A DNA stretch of 64,000 bases, from contig CAVRQT010000002.1 of assembly GCA_963723515.1 (NCBI GenBank), forward strand, positions 224,001 to 288,000. Reading direction: 5' to 3'. Source of the stretch: Vulcanimicrobiota bacterium. Its GTDB lineage: Bacteria; Vulcanimicrobiota; Vulcanimicrobiia; Vulcanimicrobiales; Vulcanimicrobiaceae. Numbering within the stretch: the first letter of the stretch is position 1; the number at the start of each line of letters is the position of its first letter. The position numbers were made by a program, and so were the translations under genes. Below the pieces are notes generated by a model that had not been told where the DNA came from, did not search any database, and worked only from the letters and a program-made list of their open reading frames with translations. This document shows, one piece after another, positions 59,888 through 64,000 of this stretch.

Positions 59888-60316
59888 ATGCGCAAGGTGA
59901 TCGTCGCGGCGATGCTTCTGCTTGCGGCATGCTCGAAAGGGCAACAAGCCGTTGGACCATCGCGTTCTCCGGCACTAAGCGACAATGGCCGAACGATCTT
60001 CCTGCAAGGCGTCGACGCGGGCGGGAAGCGGATCGTCGCGCAATCGACGCCGCTGCGTCCGTCTTGCGCAGCGTGTCACGGGACCAACGGCGCCGGCGGA
60101 CTTCATCTGTCCGGCGGCGCGGTCAGCGCGGATCTGCGGCATAAGGCGCTCGTCGTACAACAGCGTCACCCATACACATTGCCACTGCTGGAGCGTGCGG
60201 TCTCCAAGGGGATCGACAACGAAGGCAAGCCGCTCAATCCGGTGATGCCGCGCTGGAAGCTCTCGCCGGCAGATCTGCACGATGTCGCGCAATACGTTCT
60301 AACGCAGCTTCACTGA
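59888..60316 (+). CDS. Cytochrome c lipoprotein
   Basis: Lipobox LAAC, heme motif CAACH, distal Met in VMPRW. Confidence 0.85.
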   Translation: MRKVIVAAMLLLAACSKGQQAVGPSRSPALSDNGRTIFLQGVDAGGKRIVAQSTPLRPSCAACHGTNGAGGLHLSGGAVSADLRHKALVVQQRHPYTLPLLERAVSKGIDNEGKPLNPVMPRWKLSPADLHDVAQYVLTQLH

Positions 60317-60765
60317 GCGAGCGCCTAGGGCGAATCGGCCCAGCGGCAGTCGTCGTAACCCTTTGCGTCGCGCCGCTTGCGGTGCACGCCGAGGCGCTGC
60401 CAAATCGCTCCTTTACTCCCGGCGCGGTCGCTGTCTCGAGCGCCGCCGATGTGTGTCTTCCTTTCTATAGCCGTCGTCACGTGCGACGTGTTTCGACACA
60501 GCTCAAACACCGCGTGTACGTCGAATACTTCGGCGGCTACCGGCGGGGATATGTCATTGACCACCTGGTGCCGCGCGAAATCGGCGGGGCGGACGATATT
60601 CGCAATCTGTGGCCGCAGCCGCGCGCTGAAAGCAAAGTGAAAGATGCGATCGAAAGTCGCGCGCGCTTTGAAGTGTGCGACGAACATCGGCCGCTGAGCG
60701 AGGCGCAGCGCGCGTTCATGCGCGATTGGCGAGGCGCGGCCGAGTGGCAGCCTGGCCGCCCCTAA
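60313..60765 (+). CDS. Secreted HNH-like nuclease-fold protein
   Basis: DHLVPREIGGADDIRNLWPQP..K.KD..E motif. The frame is open upstream of the GTG at 60382 through a signal-like stretch back to CTG 60313. Confidence 0.65.
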   Translation: MSERLGRIGPAAVVVTLCVAPLAVHAEALPNRSFTPGAVAVSSAADVCLPFYSRRHVRRVSTQLKHRVYVEYFGGYRRGYVIDHLVPREIGGADDIRNLWPQPRAESKVKDAIESRARFEVCDEHRPLSEAQRAFMRDWRGAAEWQPGRP

Positions 60766-60843
60766 ACGGGCGTAGGCCGTTTAAAGGACGCCGATCGTTG
60801 GTACAATGAGTACGTCAGGTACATTCCAATGGACTAAGACACT

Positions 60844-60875
60844 ACAGACGCGACTGAAGTCGCGTCTGTTCTTTT
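60844..60875 (+). terminator. Intrinsic terminator of a short transcript or leader
   Basis: ACAGACGCGAC-TGAA-GTCGCGTCTGT followed by TCTTTT. Confidence 0.7.
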
Positions 60876-60914
60876 GCGCAGGGAGCTCGCGCTGCGCCCC
60901 TGCATATCAGGCGC

Positions 60915-62006
60915 ATGCCAGGCCGCCGTTTGCACATCGGTGTGGATGCATGGAATCTGCGCGGAGATCGCCGCGGCATCGGCCGCTACACTCGTGCGAT
61001 GCTGCGCGAATGGTCCACCGCCTTTGCGAACGATGCTGATCTCACGCTGCTTGTTCCGGAGCGGCCGGCGTGGTGGTATGCCGGAAAATACCGGCGCGAA
61101 GCCGGATCGCAATTGCGCGTGCGCAGCCGTGCCGCCGCCGATGACATCGACGTTTTGTTCTTCCCGTGGAACGGTTTGAGTTGGACGGCCGGCAAACCCA
61201 AGGTCGCGGTCTTGCACGATGCCTCGCTCTTTGCGCTCGACATCCCGGCGGAAACGCGCAAGCAAGAGACGCTTCCGTTCTTTCGGGCGGTTCGTGAAGG
61301 CGCGCGCATCATCACCGATTCACAGTTTTCGAAACGCGAACTGCTGCGCTATCTTCCGCTCAGGATGGATTCAATCGATGTCGTTCCACTAGGGGTGAAA
61401 CTGCCAAGCGCGACGGAAGGCGAACAGAAACCGCGCCTCCCGTTTGAGTTACCGTACATCCTCTTCGTCGGCGAGTTGGAAAAGCGCAAGGGCATCGATC
61501 TCTTACTCGACGCCATCGCGCACCTTACGCCGGAGATTCGCGCGAAAGTAGGATTGGTCGTTGCGGGCGAAACGCGCGGCACAACGCAAATCGATGCTGC
61601 GGTCCCAACCGCAATTCTGGGTCATGTTGAAGATGCGATGTTATCGTCGCTCTATCGTAACGCCGCGCTCTTCGTATATCCCTCGCGCTATGAAGGCTTC
61701 GGTCTTCCGGTGCTTGAGGCGATGGCTCACGGCGTGCCGGTCGTTGCATCCGACGCGGGCGGAATTCCGGAAGCGGGCGGCGATGCGGCGCGATACTTTC
61801 ACAGCGGTGATGCGGCCGACGCTCGGCCCGCGCGATTCGGCGATGTGCTCACGAATGCAGGCTTAGCGGAGGACCTGCGGCGACGTGGACTGCAGCGTGC
61901 CACCGAGATGAGCTGGTCGGCAACCGCGCGTAAAACGTTCGAAATCTTACGGAGGGAATCGAAGCGTCAGGCAGCTGACCGAGCGCCCGCAGGGACGGTT
62001 CGTTAG
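60915..62006 (+). CDS. Glycosyltransferase family 4 (GT-B)
   Basis: GIGRY, HD, FVGELEKRKG and YPSRYEGFGLPVLEAMAHGVPV motifs. Confidence 0.9.
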   Translation: MPGRRLHIGVDAWNLRGDRRGIGRYTRAMLREWSTAFANDADLTLLVPERPAWWYAGKYRREAGSQLRVRSRAAADDIDVLFFPWNGLSWTAGKPKVAVLHDASLFALDIPAETRKQETLPFFRAVREGARIITDSQFSKRELLRYLPLRMDSIDVVPLGVKLPSATEGEQKPRLPFELPYILFVGELEKRKGIDLLLDAIAHLTPEIRAKVGLVVAGETRGTTQIDAAVPTAILGHVEDAMLSSLYRNAALFVYPSRYEGFGLPVLEAMAHGVPVVASDAGGIPEAGGDAARYFHSGDAADARPARFGDVLTNAGLAEDLRRRGLQRATEMSWSATARKTFEILRRESKRQAADRAPAGTVR

Positions 62007-62076
62007 CGAACTGAAAAGCGAGCGCTCCCTATGCGAGTGTAAGAGCACTAATCGCACTCCGCCGAGGACGAACCGC

Positions 62077-62265
62077 TTGAAATACGTTTGTATCCAGTGC
62101 GGGCGCATATTGCCGGTCGATCGCGACCTTGATGACGACCGCACCTTTGAGTACGTCGTCGCGCGACATGAGGAAGGCGACTGCCCGCACACATTTCTTC
62201 CGAACGACGATACGTCGACCTCGCGATTGCGTTTAGTGCCGCACGCGAGCGCTTTTCGACACTAG
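62077..62265 (+). CDS. Small putative zinc-binding protein (62 aa)
   Basis: TTG start after GAGGA; CIQC...H....C.H pattern. Confidence 0.5.
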   Translation: MKYVCIQCGRILPVDRDLDDDRTFEYVVARHEEGDCPHTFLPNDDTSTSRLRLVPHASAFRH

Positions 62266-62290
62266 CACCTACCGTCTCGCCGCGCTCGTC

Positions 62291-64000
62291 CTAGCCGGCG
62301 GCCTGCGGTACGCCCTCCAAATTGCCCTGAAGCATCGGGTCGCGGCCGGAGTAATAATAGCCCTCTGCAGCCGGAGGTTGCGCACGGTTGAGCACGATGC
62401 CGGCGATATTCGTGACGCCGAGTTTCTCCCAACGCTTCAATCCTTCGCGTAAGTCCGCGCGTTGCGTTGCGCCGGCTGCGACGACGATTAACGAAGCGTC
62501 CGTTCGTTGCCCGATCAGTGCAGAGTCAAGCACCGGCCTCATCGGCGGCGAGTCCAAAACGACCACGTCATAGCGCGTCAAACATTCTTTGAGCAGCGAA
62601 TCTAAACGCTCGGGCTGCAGGACCTTAAGCGGATTGAGTGCGCCGGCGCCGCTCAGCAGCGCGTCGACGTCGCGATGCGCGGTCGTGCAGATCGCGTCTT
62701 GAAGATCAGCCTTGCCGGAGAGAACCTCCGAGAGCCCGCATTTGTTGGCGAGGCGAAGTCGTTTATGGAGCGATGGACAGCGCATGTCTGCATCAACGAG
62801 CAAGACTCTCCGCCTCCGCTTCGCGCCATTTCGCGCCTCTTCCGAATGGTGTTGTAACGCCAGCATCGTCGTGATGTCCGCTCCCTCCTGATTCGGCGCA
62901 GGTTGCAACGGAATGGCCGAGGCGGCGGTTCTCATTTGCGAAATTGCGATCGCCAAGTTGAGTGCAATCGTCGTCTTTCCATCACCGCCGTGCGGACTCG
63001 TTATCGCGACTGTCCTGATCGGATTGCTTTGGGTGGCTCGCAACGTCGTGCACAGTTCAAGAAATGACTCCGCCGCGACCGCTCGCAACCAAGGCGCCGC
63101 CGGTTCCTCGACCGTCCCGAGTTGAGGAACGCTCGAGAGCACGGGCAGCGCGAAGTCATGCTCGATTTCGCGCTTATCGCGCACGCGTTGATCCAGATAA
63201 TCAAGGCCGAGGACGGTCCCCAGTGCCGCTAAAAGGCTGACGGCGAAACCAATGATTAGCATCAAAACGCGGTTCGGCTGCGCGACAGCGTTTTCTGCGG
63301 TTGCAGGCTGCGTCACCGATATATCACTGAGCGCGGTCGTCTCCATGATGAGCGCGTCGTTGTATTTTTGCTGGAGCGCCGTATAGACGTCTTCAGAGAG
63401 TTTGGCTGCTCGTTGGAGCTGGAAAAGCTGAGCGGTTTGCAGCGGCAAGGCGCTCATGCGCGGCATCATCTGCGCGCGTTGCGTATTAAGCTCGCGCAAT
63501 TGCGCGCCATCGCCCGCGATCTGGGCTTGATAGGTGGCGGCTGATTGACTGAGTTGCTGGTACACCGGATTGGGCAGCGTGCTCTGCGCAGAGACGACCG
63601 TCGCCGGCAATGCGGAGATCTCGCGCTGTAGGGCGGCTTGTTGCGCTTCGAGAGATTTGACGGCGGGATGGTCTTCAGTGAACTGCTGACGCGCAGTTTG
63701 CAACTGCGTCTCTACTTGCGCAAGTTGGGTCTGCAACTGTGCAAGGGCCGGGTTCGGAGCAAGCGTTGTTCCGCCCGGCGTCGAGGCCCCTACGCCGGAA
63801 AGTTGCCCTTGTACGCTGCGCAATTGCGCTTCCGCTTGATTTTGGTCGAGCTGAACCTGACCGATTTTGGAGTCGAGTCCGGAAAGCGCGTTCAACGTGT
63901 TCTGCGTCTGCAGATTCATATCGCTGATGCGATGCGACGCCTGGAATTCGGCGAGTGCACCCTCGGCCTTGCGCAGCCGCGCGGCGCTCGCCGGCATCTG
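62291..64000 (-). CDS. wzc: Polysaccharide co-polymerase / tyrosine autokinase (Wzc-like), 5' end outside window
   Basis: Coiled coil with FTEDHP.V, TM, Walker A PHGGDGKTT, VDADMR, DSPP and C-terminal GYYY. Confidence 0.85.
   Translation of the reverse strand, partial: QMPASAARLRKAEGALAEFQASHRISDMNLQTQNTLNALSGLDSKIGQVQLDQNQAEAQLRSVQGQLSGVGASTPGGTTLAPNPALAQLQTQLAQVETQLQTARQQFTEDHPAVKSLEAQQAALQREISALPATVVSAQSTLPNPVYQQLSQSAATYQAQIAGDGAQLRELNTQRAQMMPRMSALPLQTAQLFQLQRAAKLSEDVYTALQQKYNDALIMETTALSDISVTQPATAENAVAQPNRVLMLIIGFAVSLLAALGTVLGLDYLDQRVRDKREIEHDFALPVLSSVPQLGTVEEPAAPWLRAVAAESFLELCTTLRATQSNPIRTVAITSPHGGDGKTTIALNLAIAISQMRTAASAIPLQPAPNQEGADITTMLALQHHSEEARNGAKRRRRVLLVDADMRCPSLHKRLRLANKCGLSEVLSGKADLQDAICTTAHRDVDALLSGAGALNPLKVLQPERLDSLLKECLTRYDVVVLDSPPMRPVLDSALIGQRTDASLIVVAAGATQRADLREGLKRWEKLGVTNIAGIVLNRAQPPAAEGYYYSGRDPMLQGNLEGVPQAAG

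Noticed and set aside
1..64000. CRISPR array, integrase, transposase or prophage
   Set aside because: No regularly spaced repeat-spacer array and no cas, recombinase, transposase or phage structural ORFs were recognised.

Overview
A GC-rich bacterial chromosomal window. The gene mix suggests a diderm soil bacterium such as Eremiobacterota/Vulcanimicrobiota, but this is inference only. Many genes carry single-base frameshifts, most likely long-read assembly errors. Left half: the 3' end of argS, an AI-2E transporter, pyrK-pyrD-pyrF-pyrE, an ECF sigma/anti-sigma plus two-component locus, a Bacillus-type class IV PHA operon (phaJ-phaQ-phaP-phaR-phaB-phaC), a DUF1800/DUF1501 pair, a leucine-catabolism (MCC/HMG-CoA lyase) cluster, purE, a GH5-like hydrolase, a prolyl oligopeptidase and tRNA-Ala(CGC). 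Right half: mostly accessory genes, including secreted proteins, a cyclase-STAND-TPR protein, GH20, two divergent Crp/Fnr regulators, DUF2723/TMEM260, BNR-MoaD-cytochrome c-HNH, a glycosyltransferase and Wzc. The most striking unexplained signal is an approximately 100-nt three-hairpin element in three intergenic copies (1581-1683 minus, 4817-4920 plus, 58322-58425 plus). Its loops are conserved, its stems show compensatory changes and its G-U wobbles all favour one polarity, making it a candidate novel structured RNA or REP-like element. Also notable: back-to-back perfect SigW-type promoters, several unannotated small ORFs, a second REP-like family and a promoter-terminator-bounded sRNA candidate. 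No CRISPR array, integrase or transposase was seen.
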